Positions 1 through 8,643 of a stretch of DNA of 64,000 nt are shown here, one piece after another. The translations under genes were made by a program, and so were the position numbers. The DNA comes from Chthonomonadales bacterium. Lineage in GTDB: Bacteria; Armatimonadota; Chthonomonadetes; Chthonomonadales; CAJBBX01. Each line of letters begins with the position of its first letter. Positions within the stretch are counted from its first letter, which is position 1. The DNA is taken from assembly GCA_037443035.1 (NCBI GenBank), contig JBBIPC010000007.1:64001-128000 (forward strand). Direction: 5' to 3'. The notes under the pieces were generated by a model. The model was not told the origin of the DNA. It did not search any database and saw nothing but the letters and a program-made list of their open reading frames with translations.

Positions 1-1019
1 GCGTCCACTGAGCCGCCATGAAACACCCAACCGGCATAGGCCAGCGCTGCGCCGACCCACCCGCATACGGCCCAGTTCGCCTGCACCTTCGCCTTGAGAC
101 TGAGGAGCACGAACAGAAGCAGCACCGGCACACTGAACCAGAAGCCGATCTGCGTGCCCTTGTCTGCGAGCCTCCGTCCTGGCCTGCCGATGCTCCACAG
201 CGCCGTCGACATCCCGCCGAACAACAGAGGCGTGACAAGGCCGATCTGGGAGCCGATGAAATCGCCAAGCCGTCGCAAAGGACCATGCGTATCCGCCTTG
301 GCTGTCAGGCCGGAGACGTGCAGAACACTCACCCACTCGTGCCGGGCCTGCCATACAAGATTCGGCATCACCAGGGCTACTGCAATGGCGAGGGCTACGT
401 ACGGGTGCGGCCGCCGGAGCCACGGGCGGAGGTCCGGCTGGGTATACAGATAGAGCACCGCGCACGGTACTGCCAGGACCATGGTGTACTTGCTCGAGAC
501 GCCCAACCCGCCAGCGATCCCGAGGAGAACCCACGGCAGCCACCCGCGAGCCACGCATACGTTGATCCTGCCTGCGTGCAGCGCTTCGTTCCCCTCCGTG
601 GCCCACACCAGACAACAGATGGCCATGGTCCAGAACAGGACCAGAGGCACATCGTAAGTCGCAACGAATCCGCCCACCGTACCCATGGGGGTCACGGCAG
701 CACATAGCATCGCCAGCAAGCCCGCCCACGCCCCTGAGAGTCGCCGACCCGCCCAGTACACCAGAGCCAGCGTGAGCGTTGCGGTAAGGACGATACCCCC
801 CCTTACGCCGAGCTCCGTGCTGCCGAACAGCTCGGTAGATGCGCGAATGAGCCAGGCGATGACCGGCCCCTGATCGTAGTAGCCCCAGTCGAGCTGCCGG
901 CTCCACTCCCAGTAGTACGTCTCGTCAGGCGCCAAGGGGAACCGGAGCGCTAGCAGCACGTGGAGAGCGGTGATTCCGACCAGCAGACCGAGCGCGAGTC
1001 TATCTGCGGGATGACGCAT
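1..1019 (-). CDS. Glycosyltransferase family 39 (ArnT/PMT-like) membrane protein, partial (3' end runs off the window)
   Basis: Not in the ORF track. Manual translation from ATG 1019 gives MRHPADRLALGLLVGITALHVLLALRFPLAPDETYYWEWSRQLDWGYYDQGPVIAWLIRA, the DE.YY..W...LD.GY.D.P motif of GT39/PMT_2. An alternative in-frame ATG lies at 1040. Confidence 0.85.
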   Translation of the reverse strand, partial: MRHPADRLALGLLVGITALHVLLALRFPLAPDETYYWEWSRQLDWGYYDQGPVIAWLIRASTELFGSTELGVRGGIVLTATLTLALVYWAGRRLSGAWAGLLAMLCAAVTPMGTVGGFVATYDVPLVLFWTMAICCLVWATEGNEALHAGRINVCVARGWLPWVLLGIAGGLGVSSKYTMVLAVPCAVLYLYTQPDLRPWLRRPHPYVALAIAVALVMPNLVWQARHEWVSVLHVSGLTAKADTHGPLRRLGDFIGSQIGLVTPLLFGGMSTALWSIGRPGRRLADKGTQIGFWFSVPVLLLFVLLSLKAKVQANWAVCGWVGAALAYAGWVFHGGSVD

Positions 1020-1067
1020 GGCACACGCATTGTACAGCATGCCTAGGCACAGCGTCTGCCGAGCCGA

Positions 1068-1829
1068 CTACCTTCCGAGAACGCGCACGCTCCAGTAGGC
1101 GATGTCCACGCCCGGGTCCTGGTCGGTCGGGTACACGTCGTGGAGCGGTTCGTAGCCAGGGTAGCCCGGACTAGAGCTACTTTCATACAGGCGGTTCTGA
1201 AGGGTATCTATCGTGAGGAACGTGTTGAAAGACCCCGAGCCTAGGCGCTGATCGCCCATGGCGTCCACGTACTTGTCAGGATCTGGCACGAGGGGGTCTG
1301 TGGGTGTGGTGGTGGTGGCGATGACGTTGATCTGCAGATAGCGCGGCAGCTCCCCGTTGTTGGGGTCAGGCTCGCCCGCAGCCGGTTGTATGCGGCTCAG
1401 ATCTAGCTCGAACTGGAGCATGGCACTTCCCGACGGAGGTGCGGTGTACTCCGGCTCGCCTCTCGCAGCGAAGACGTTCCGGTTCGGATCGCCGTTCATG
1501 CCATCCGGAAGATGGTAGAGACCATAACCCGATGCAGTGGGCTGGCGCTGGCCCCGGCTATACTCCACAAAGTCCGTGAAGCCTGGCGTTGCGGCGTTCT
1601 GGCCCGTCGCGAATCCGTTCAGATACGGAGGAAGAATGACTGCGATGGGACCATTCTGTCCGGAGGGATCGCCTGCGTTTCGGATAAGAAAGTAATAGTG
1701 ATAGAAGTCGTTCACGGGCCCGTTCATACGCAGGGTAACCGCTAGGCGCACGCCAGTTGTGGCCGTCGTTGGCGCACGCGCGCAGCCCGATGCGATCAGC
1801 AGGACAAAATGGGCTACCAGTAGAATCAT
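1068..1829 (-). CDS. Hypothetical lipoprotein
   Basis: ORF 1068..1919. The likely start MILLVAHFVLLIASG-C has a hydrophobic stretch and a lipobox-like IASGC. The start could be as far upstream as 1919. Confidence 0.65.
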   Translation of the reverse strand: MILLVAHFVLLIASGCARAPTTATTGVRLAVTLRMNGPVNDFYHYYFLIRNAGDPSGQNGPIAVILPPYLNGFATGQNAATPGFTDFVEYSRGQRQPTASGYGLYHLPDGMNGDPNRNVFAARGEPEYTAPPSGSAMLQFELDLSRIQPAAGEPDPNNGELPRYLQINVIATTTTPTDPLVPDPDKYVDAMGDQRLGSGSFNTFLTIDTLQNRLYESSSSPGYPGYEPLHDVYPTDQDPGVDIAYWSVRVLGR

Positions 1830-1917
1830 GACAACGGTGCTCGGACTAGGGTCTCTGAGGTGGCGCGCCGCTTGTCCACTCCTCGAGAAGTTGGACATCG
1901 AATGGAGAAATCGTTTC

Positions 1918-3570
1918 ATGAGTCAGGTCCAGCAGACGCAGGCCGCTGATGCGGCGGCCACTCCTAGTGAGCTAGCTGGGGCCAGTATAGCCGACCGTAA
2001 GCCTCCAAGGCAACGCTGGGGTCCGTGGGTGGCCGTGCTGGTGGCAGCTGCGCTCGTTACTCTGGCGTTCCCGCCCACGGATCTCGGCTGGCTTGCCTGG
2101 ATCGGCTACGCTCCGCTCCTCTGGGCGATTCGCCAGGCCAACCGTCCGCGTTCAGCGGTGCTACTCGCCTACGTGTTCGGTGTCGTACACTTCGGTTGGT
2201 TGACACCGTGGATCGGGAAAACGGTCAGCGCCTGGTCGGGCACGAGTCTCGGCTGGTTGGCATGGATAGGTCTGGCAGCCATACAGGGCCTGTGGTACGC
2301 CCTTTTCGGATTCCTGGCGTGGTGGATCGTACGACGGACGCGCGGCGATGCCCAGCTTCTTCTCCTGGCCTGCGCCTGGGTCGTCATCGAGCACTTCCGA
2401 ACGCTCGGTGGCCTTGCCATGCCATGGGGCCTTGCGGCGTACACCCAATATCGGGCCCTCACCCTCATCCAGATCTGCGATATCACGGGTGCACTGGGCA
2501 TCAGTTTCATCATCGCTCTCGTGAACAGCGCCCTCAGCGCGTTTCTGATACCCGCCTCGCCAAGCAATGCATCCGACGGGCGCCTGTCGCGGATGACCCT
2601 TCGCCTGAAGAACTATGTGGCGGATCTCGGCGTTCTCGTGCTGCCTTGCCTGCTCTACGCCGGCACGCTCTCTTACGGAATGCTCACGGCTGGCCTACCG
2701 TGGAATGGACGACCGGTGATGGTCTCGCTGATTCAGCCCAACTTCTCGAGCGTCGGTCCTCAGCTTCCTCGCGACAGACTCATGGGGAGGCTAGCCGCGG
2801 CCGTCAACTCGGTGGCGGCTAGCGCCCCTTCCTTAACGGTGTGGCCCGAGAGCACGACCCCGGAAGACGCCGTCCATGACCTCGACATGCGTACGGTATT
2901 CGACTCCTTCGCCGACATGACTGGCGGCTTCCATCTTGTCGGTACAGGATACACGGACGACCAGGGAAGGAGTCGCAACTCCGCCGCACTCTTTGGACCG
3001 GAGACCGGCCTCATAGGACGCTATGACAAGCAACAGCTTGTCCCGTTCGGCGAGTGGTTTCCGGCGCGACTGCTCCTGAAGCCTGTGGCAAGCATCTTTC
3101 GCATTCCGGAGGACGACGTTGTGGCAGGCGGTCCTCAGGACCCACTGAAGGCCCGTGAGATGAGAATCGGTGTGCTCATCTGCTATGAGTCCATATTCCC
3201 CGCGCTCGCAAGGGATAGGGTGCGACGTGGGGCCAATGTCCTCGTGTCCATCACCAATGACAGTTGGGCCGGGCGATCTGCGTCGCCGCGACAGCACTTC
3301 GCCATGAGCATCTTCCGCGCCATCGAGACGCGCCGGACTCTGTGCGCAGCCGCGCTAACGGGCGTGACGGGCATTGTCGCTCCCAACGGCCAGGCCACGT
3401 ATTCCGAGGAGAACTGTCCAGCCATCGCCACGGATCTCATTGACCTGCGCGAGGGTCTCACTCCTTACGCACGATGGGGCGACTGGTTCCCGTACCTCTG
3501 CTTTGTCCTCGTCGTCTACGGTCTCTGGAAAACGAGTACGTCTCCGGCCGTCCAGCCCCACGCTGAGTAG
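1918..3570 (+). CDS. lnt: Apolipoprotein N-acyltransferase
   Basis: N-terminal TM helices (LAFPP..LGWLAW) and nitrilase-fold motifs WPES, YDKQQLVPFGE, ICYESIFP, ITNDSW, QHF. Start uncertain (ATG 1918 or later). Confidence 0.93.
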   Translation: MSQVQQTQAADAAATPSELAGASIADRKPPRQRWGPWVAVLVAAALVTLAFPPTDLGWLAWIGYAPLLWAIRQANRPRSAVLLAYVFGVVHFGWLTPWIGKTVSAWSGTSLGWLAWIGLAAIQGLWYALFGFLAWWIVRRTRGDAQLLLLACAWVVIEHFRTLGGLAMPWGLAAYTQYRALTLIQICDITGALGISFIIALVNSALSAFLIPASPSNASDGRLSRMTLRLKNYVADLGVLVLPCLLYAGTLSYGMLTAGLPWNGRPVMVSLIQPNFSSVGPQLPRDRLMGRLAAAVNSVAASAPSLTVWPESTTPEDAVHDLDMRTVFDSFADMTGGFHLVGTGYTDDQGRSRNSAALFGPETGLIGRYDKQQLVPFGEWFPARLLLKPVASIFRIPEDDVVAGGPQDPLKAREMRIGVLICYESIFPALARDRVRRGANVLVSITNDSWAGRSASPRQHFAMSIFRAIETRRTLCAAALTGVTGIVAPNGQATYSEENCPAIATDLIDLREGLTPYARWGDWFPYLCFVLVVYGLWKTSTSPAVQPHAE

Positions 3571-3682
3571 CAGGTCCCGGCTGGCCTGGCATGCAGACAG
3601 AGGTATACTTTGCATAGACCGCTGGCGCGCGTGGTCTGTGTGGAGTGTGCGCCTCGGCGTGCCAGGACAAGGGGACCCGTTC

Positions 3683-4942
3683 GTGACGTCTAGCAAGATT
3701 ATCGTGCGAGGCGGCGAGCCGTTGCACGGTACAGTGCCAACAAGCGGCAGCAAGAATGCCGCACTCGCCGTAATGGCTGCAGCCATATTAGCGACCGAGC
3801 CAGTCACGTTGCGTAATGTGCCGCGCATCGGTGACATCCACACAATGGTGGAACTGCTCAACGAGCTCGGAGCCACCGCTCAGTTCGTCGAGCCTACCAC
3901 GGTCCGCATCGATCCTTCCTCCATCTTGACACTGGAGGCGCCCTACGAGCTAGTTCGCAAGATGCGGGCATCCTTCAACGTTCTGGGTCCGCTGCTAGCT
4001 CGCTTCGGCTTCGCGAGGGTTCCCGTACCAGGCGGTTGCGATATCGGGACACGGCCCGTCAACTTTCATGTGGACGGACTCCGGAGGCTCGGGGCCAAGC
4101 TGCATTCCGAGCACGGTGTCTACACTGCTGAGGCGAAGAAGCTCGTCGGCGGCACCATCTACATGGATTTCCCCAGCGCCGGTGCCACGCAGCACCTGAT
4201 GACGGCTGCCTCTCTTGCGCAGGGAGTCACCACCATAGAAAACTGCGCCACCGAGCCGGAGGTTCTCAGTCTGGCAGAGTTTCTCAACTCCCTGGGAGCG
4301 CAGGTACACGGCGCCGGTACGACGACCATCCGTGTCACTGGCGTCGAGTGCCTTCGTGGTGGCGAGTTCACCATCATCCCGGACCGCATGGAGGCGGGCA
4401 CGTTCGCGGTGGCGGCTGCCATCACCGCAGGAGATGTGGTCATCGAGAACGCAGTCGTCGAGCACATGAGTCCGGTCCTGAACAAGCTCATGGAGACTGG
4501 GGCCGAAGTCACGCCTGTCACGAATGGCGTCCGGATTCGAGGTCCGAAACGCCCCAAGCCCGCGGATATCAAGACCAACCCGCATCCAGCGTTTCCCACG
4601 GACATGCAGCAACCTTTCGGTGCCCTCCTCTCCATCGCCGATGGAACCTCCGTGATCACGGAGAACGTCTACGAAAGCCGTTTCCGGTACGTCAACGAAC
4701 TCAATCGCATGGGAGCGGACATCCGAGTAAGTGCCAGAACGGCGGTCATCACAGGGGTGCCGCGGCTCACAGGCTGTCCGGTTACCGCGTCGGATCTGCG
4801 GGCTGCTGCCGCGCTCGTGTGCGCTGGCCTGGCAGCAGAGGGAGCCACGGAGTTGACCGGTGTGGAGCACCTCGAGCGTGGCTATGAAGATCTGCCCTCC
4901 AAACTTCGCTCCCTTGGCGCAAGTGTCGAGTGCTGTGACTAG
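3683..4942 (+). CDS. murA: UDP-N-acetylglucosamine 1-carboxyvinyltransferase
   Basis: GSKNAAL, KMRAS, PGGCDIG (active-site Cys), [32 protein letters not shown] start at 3683 after an AAGGGG RBS. Confidence 0.97.
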   Translation: MTSSKIIVRGGEPLHGTVPTSGSKNAALAVMAAAILATEPVTLRNVPRIGDIHTMVELLNELGATAQFVEPTTVRIDPSSILTLEAPYELVRKMRASFNVLGPLLARFGFARVPVPGGCDIGTRPVNFHVDGLRRLGAKLHSEHGVYTAEAKKLVGGTIYMDFPSAGATQHLMTAASLAQGVTTIENCATEPEVLSLAEFLNSLGAQVHGAGTTTIRVTGVECLRGGEFTIIPDRMEAGTFAVAAAITAGDVVIENAVVEHMSPVLNKLMETGAEVTPVTNGVRIRGPKRPKPADIKTNPHPAFPTDMQQPFGALLSIADGTSVITENVYESRFRYVNELNRMGADIRVSARTAVITGVPRLTGCPVTASDLRAAAALVCAGLAAEGATELTGVEHLERGYEDLPSKLRSLGASVECCD

Positions 4943-4959
4943 CCGCGAGGTTCCCTGAC

Positions 4960-5979
4960 ATGTGGTCGCTGACACCCGAACTTGGCATAGACCTCGGAAC
5001 CGCTAACATCCTCGTGTATCAGAGAGGCAAGGGCATCATCGTCCGAGAACCCTCCGTCGTCGCTGTCTCCCTCACCACGAAGAAGGTACTCGCGGTCGGA
5101 GAAGAAGCTTGCCTGATGATCGGGCGTACTCCCGGGAACATCGTGGCCATACGCCCTATGTCCGACGGCGTTATCGCTGATTACACCACAACTCTCAAGA
5201 TGCTCGAGCATCTGATCCGGCGAGCCGTGGGTCGCAAGCGGATCCTCAAGCCTCGCGTACTCGTATGCGTTCCGTCAGGAGTGACCGGCGTCGAGAAGCG
5301 GGCCGTGCTTCAGGCCGCACGGGAGGCCGGAGCGGGGGAGGCCTATACGATCGAAGAGCCCATGGCCGCCGCTATCGGAGCCGGTTTGCCTATCTCCACG
5401 CCTGGCGGCAACATGGTCGTGGACATCGGGGGAGGCACCACCGACATTGCCGTCATCTCCCTCGAGGGTATCGTCATCTCGCGCAGCCTTCGCGTGGGCG
5501 GGGCGAAGATGGACGATGTCATCGTGCGTCACCTCCGCACAGCGCACAACCTGATGATCGGCGAACGGACGGCTGAGGAGATCAAGATCAAGATTGGCTC
5601 GGCCTATCCCTTGAAGGAAGAGATGACAACAGAGGTCCGTGGGCGGAACATCGTCGCAGGACTGCCACGTACAGTCACTGTTACTTCGGAAGAGATCCGG
5701 CAGGCGCTCAGCGAACCCGTCATGCAGATCGTCGAGAAGGTCCGCGCCGTTCTGGAGGAGACGCCACCCGAGCTGTCGGCAGATATCATCGAGCGCGGCA
5801 TCTGGCTCACGGGTGGCGGTGCCTTGCTTCGTGGTATGGACGACCTCCTTTCGGCAGCTACGGACATACCTGTCTACGTTGCCGACGATCCGCTCTCATG
5901 CGTGGCTCTGGGCACTGGCCGCGCGCTAGAAGAGCTTCCCGCCATCCGCCGCAGCGGTCACCGCGGCATTCTCAGTTAG
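4960..5979 (+). CDS. mreB: Rod shape-determining protein MreB/Mbl
   Basis: [41 protein letters not shown]. Confidence 0.96.
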   Translation: MWSLTPELGIDLGTANILVYQRGKGIIVREPSVVAVSLTTKKVLAVGEEACLMIGRTPGNIVAIRPMSDGVIADYTTTLKMLEHLIRRAVGRKRILKPRVLVCVPSGVTGVEKRAVLQAAREAGAGEAYTIEEPMAAAIGAGLPISTPGGNMVVDIGGGTTDIAVISLEGIVISRSLRVGGAKMDDVIVRHLRTAHNLMIGERTAEEIKIKIGSAYPLKEEMTTEVRGRNIVAGLPRTVTVTSEEIRQALSEPVMQIVEKVRAVLEETPPELSADIIERGIWLTGGGALLRGMDDLLSAATDIPVYVADDPLSCVALGTGRALEELPAIRRSGHRGILS

Positions 5980-5997
5980 TCGGCTCGGCGAAAGGAG

Positions 5998-6654
5998 TTG
6001 GATATGGAGCGATTCGGACGGCCAATCGGGTTTCTGCTGACCTTAGCGTGGGCCTGCACTGCCCAGACGCAGGTACCTCTGCCAAGGGATGTGCCAGCGA
6101 ACCATTGGGCGGCGACGGCTGTGCGTACGGTCCTCGATACCGGCGTCATGTCTGCCCCGAATGGCGTCTTCGCTGGAGAACGGAGGATAACCCGCGCCGA
6201 GCTGGTCGCCGTCCTGGCGCGCTTTGCCAGACTCCTCGAAGCGAGGAAATGGCCATCCGAATCACCGAAAGCACTCCCGGAGAAGCAGTCCAAGACCACA
6301 TGGAAAACCAGGCAAGTTACCCGCTACGAGGTTGCTGCAGTTATCGCTCGGCTCGGTGCCTTCGCCATGGCCGGTCTGCCGTCGCAGCCTTCCAAGACTC
6401 CATATGATAGCGAAGCCATACCGCCGGTGCCCACGTACGACCGCTCCAAGGTCCTGCCCGCTGCCCGTTCGGACCTCCAGTACCTCACCTCGCGGCGACT
6501 TCTCTGGCCGCGCTCCCCACTGCTCGAGGCTGGCCGGCAACCCGTCACCGGTCAGCAGTTGGCCGATGCCGTGGCTCAGGTCATCTCTGGCGTAGCCAGC
6601 CGCATGACCGACGAACCAGAAGAGCGCGAGGATCTCGTGTGGCCCCCGCGATAG
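5998..6654 (+). CDS. S-layer homology (SLH) domain protein, secreted
   Basis: Signal peptide followed by SLH-like motifs DVPANHWA...F.GERRITRAE and VTRYEVA. Confidence 0.75.
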   Translation: MDMERFGRPIGFLLTLAWACTAQTQVPLPRDVPANHWAATAVRTVLDTGVMSAPNGVFAGERRITRAELVAVLARFARLLEARKWPSESPKALPEKQSKTTWKTRQVTRYEVAAVIARLGAFAMAGLPSQPSKTPYDSEAIPPVPTYDRSKVLPAARSDLQYLTSRRLLWPRSPLLEAGRQPVTGQQLADAVAQVISGVASRMTDEPEEREDLVWPPR

Positions 6655-6661
6655 GACCCTC

Positions 6662-7861
6662 CTACAACTTGCGCATGCGCTCCACGGCGTCCCAGATGGC
6701 CGCGCAGATGTAGCGGTTATCGTCCTCGGACATGCCTGGATGGATGGGAGGACAGAATAGCCTGGCCCCTACCTCCTCCGAAACGGGCAAGTGCACGTTG
6801 CCTGTTAGCCGTCGTAAGTATGGTACGGTGCTATGCACAGGGGGATTGGCGATGATGGTGTTGACGCTGTAATCTTCTCGCAACATGGCGCACAACCGGT
6901 CGCGCCGCTCGCCAGCCCATTCCGGAGGCACTAGAATCGTGTACAAGTAGTAGCTGTGGTAGCAGTCCGGCGGTTCCACCGGGAGAGTCAGTTCTGGCAA
7001 GTCCTGCAGCATGGCAGTCCGATCGGCCGCGACCTTCCGACGCATGGCAACGTGCGTGTCTAGCTTCCTGAGCTGCACCCTCCCCACGGCTGCCTGGACG
7101 CTCGTCATGAGATAGCTGCTTCCCCACGAGTCGTCGCCCCCGAAGAACCGCAACTTCCGGAGCCGGACGGCTAGGTCGGGATCGTCCGTGGTGATGGCGC
7201 CCCCTTCACCCAGCGTGCACATGTTCTTCTGGGTGTGGAAGCTGAAGACGGTCATCCAACCCCGTTTGCCGATCTTCGTGCCTTTGTAGCCGCCACCTGC
7301 AGCCCTGGCCGCATCACCGATGACCTCGAGGGGTCCATGCTTGGGATGAGGATGCTTCTCGGCGATCTCCAGTAGTTCGTCCATGGGCGCCGATAGACCG
7401 TTCATGTGCACCGGGAAGATGGCGCGCGTCCTCGGCGTGATACGACGCACCACGTCATCCGGATCGGTCTGGAGAGTGCGTGGGTTCACCTCGCACGGCA
7501 CCCAGGTTCCTCCCTGGCCCACGATGGCCATGGGTGCAGCCTTGAAATTGATGGACGGGCAGATGACCTCGTCGCCTGGCTCTAGATCCAGAGACATCAT
7601 GGCCATATCCAGCCCCACGCCAGCGCTGTTCACCGTCACAGCGTGCTCTGTACCAACGTAAGCCGCGATCTCTGCCTCGAACGGTGCGCCCTCGGACTCG
7701 CCGGTCCTGAAGCCCCGCTCCGGATGCGAAGCCTGACGGATGGCCCGCACTGCAGCCTCCACCTCTTCTTCCCCGTAGATACTGCCGAGAGCAGGCTCGC
7801 CTGCGTAGTTGATGGAGGGACGGCCTGCCCGAAGCGCTTCCTTACGTTCCGACGCGTTCAT
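6662..7861 (-). CDS. DegT/DnrJ/EryC1/StrS family PLP-dependent aminotransferase
   Basis: FE..IAAYVG, PGDEVICP, PVHMNG, DAA, FSFHTQKNM (PLP Lys), GEGGAITTDD, PIHP. Confidence 0.9.
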   Translation of the reverse strand: MNASERKEALRAGRPSINYAGEPALGSIYGEEEVEAAVRAIRQASHPERGFRTGESEGAPFEAEIAAYVGTEHAVTVNSAGVGLDMAMMSLDLEPGDEVICPSINFKAAPMAIVGQGGTWVPCEVNPRTLQTDPDDVVRRITPRTRAIFPVHMNGLSAPMDELLEIAEKHPHPKHGPLEVIGDAARAAGGGYKGTKIGKRGWMTVFSFHTQKNMCTLGEGGAITTDDPDLAVRLRKLRFFGGDDSWGSSYLMTSVQAAVGRVQLRKLDTHVAMRRKVAADRTAMLQDLPELTLPVEPPDCYHSYYLYTILVPPEWAGERRDRLCAMLREDYSVNTIIANPPVHSTVPYLRRLTGNVHLPVSEEVGARLFCPPIHPGMSEDDNRYICAAIWDAVERMRKL

Positions 7862-7978
7862 GATTCCACCTCCGCCAACTCTCCTTCGGCGCCTGGAGGG
7901 CCGAAACCTGCACGTCTAAGTGTCGGTCGTCGCACGAGACCATGCGGTGGAAACCATGATGCCCATATTGTAAGTATA

Positions 7979-7999
7979 TATGAGTGATAGTGACTAAGG
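7979..7999. promoter_or_regulatory. HAIR-like (HspR) operator upstream of hsp20
   Basis: TATGAGT-gatagtg-ACTAAGG versus the HAIR consensus CTTGAGT-N7-ACTCAAG. The core TGAGT-N7-ACTAA matches 9/10 and sits in an AT-rich patch about 45 nt before the hsp20 start. Confidence 0.55.
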
Positions 8000-8043
8000 T
8001 GCCGTCGCATGACGGACCATGACCCTGAGCAAAGGAGGAGACT

Positions 8044-8550
8044 ATGCTGAAGCGGAACGTTCCTGGCACAGCGGTGGTGCGTCGTGGGGAGACCAGCCCA
8101 ACGGTCCTCAGCCCTTGGAGCCTCTTCGACGAGATGCAGCGGCGCATGGACGAGATCTTCGCCCGGCCGTTCGGTAGCCTCCTGACCGATCGGTGGATCT
8201 ACGACCGCATGGAGCCGGCGGTGGACGTGTACGAAACCGACGAGAGCGTGGTGGCCTTCGCTGCATTGCCGGGGTATTCGCCTGATTCCATTCGCGTGGA
8301 AGCCACGACAGATACACTCTCCATCCAGGGCGAGCGCGGCGAGCTGTTCAGCACCGACAAGGCTACGGCTCATCGGGTCACTGGCCTGACAGGCGCGAGC
8401 CAGTTCAGCGTCAGCTACACGCTCCCCGTCGAGATCCAGCCGGACAAGGTAAAGGCGTCATTCAATCACGGCATCCTGCGGGTCGAGATGCCCAAGGCCG
8501 AGCATGCGAAGCCCAAGGGCGTGAAGGTAACCGTCGAGAAGGGCTCCTAA
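8044..8550 (+). CDS. Small heat shock protein (Hsp20/alpha-crystallin)
   Basis: Strong RBS AAGGAGGAG; PAVDVYET, LPG, A.F.HGIL.VEMPK. Confidence 0.93.
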   Translation: MLKRNVPGTAVVRRGETSPTVLSPWSLFDEMQRRMDEIFARPFGSLLTDRWIYDRMEPAVDVYETDESVVAFAALPGYSPDSIRVEATTDTLSIQGERGELFSTDKATAHRVTGLTGASQFSVSYTLPVEIQPDKVKASFNHGILRVEMPKAEHAKPKGVKVTVEKGS

Positions 8551-8576
8551 GACAGACTCACGACGCGAATCTCCAC

Positions 8577-8602
8577 GGAGCGCCCCCCAAGCGGGGCGCT
8601 CC
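8577..8602. terminator. Hairpin, probable terminator between convergent genes
   Basis: GGAGCGCCCC-ccaagc-GGGGCGCTCC, a perfect 10-bp stem followed by a T-rich TTGCTTT, between the hsp20 and glycoside hydrolase stop codons. Confidence 0.65.
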
Positions 8603-8643
8603 CGTTGCTTTGCTGCCTCGGGCACCTCTGTCGCGCGCGCATC

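Noticed and set aside
18..707. 229-aa plus-strand ORF
   Set aside because: Antisense shadow of the minus-strand GT39 gene, which has clear family motifs.
1759..1919. Apparent head-to-head overlap of lnt and the lipoprotein ORF
   Set aside because: Caused by longest-ORF start calling. Plausible starts (1829 minus, 1918 or later plus) remove the overlap.
3374..3682. 103-aa N-terminal extension of MurA
   Set aside because: Overlaps lnt. MurA homology and an RBS begin at GTG 3683.
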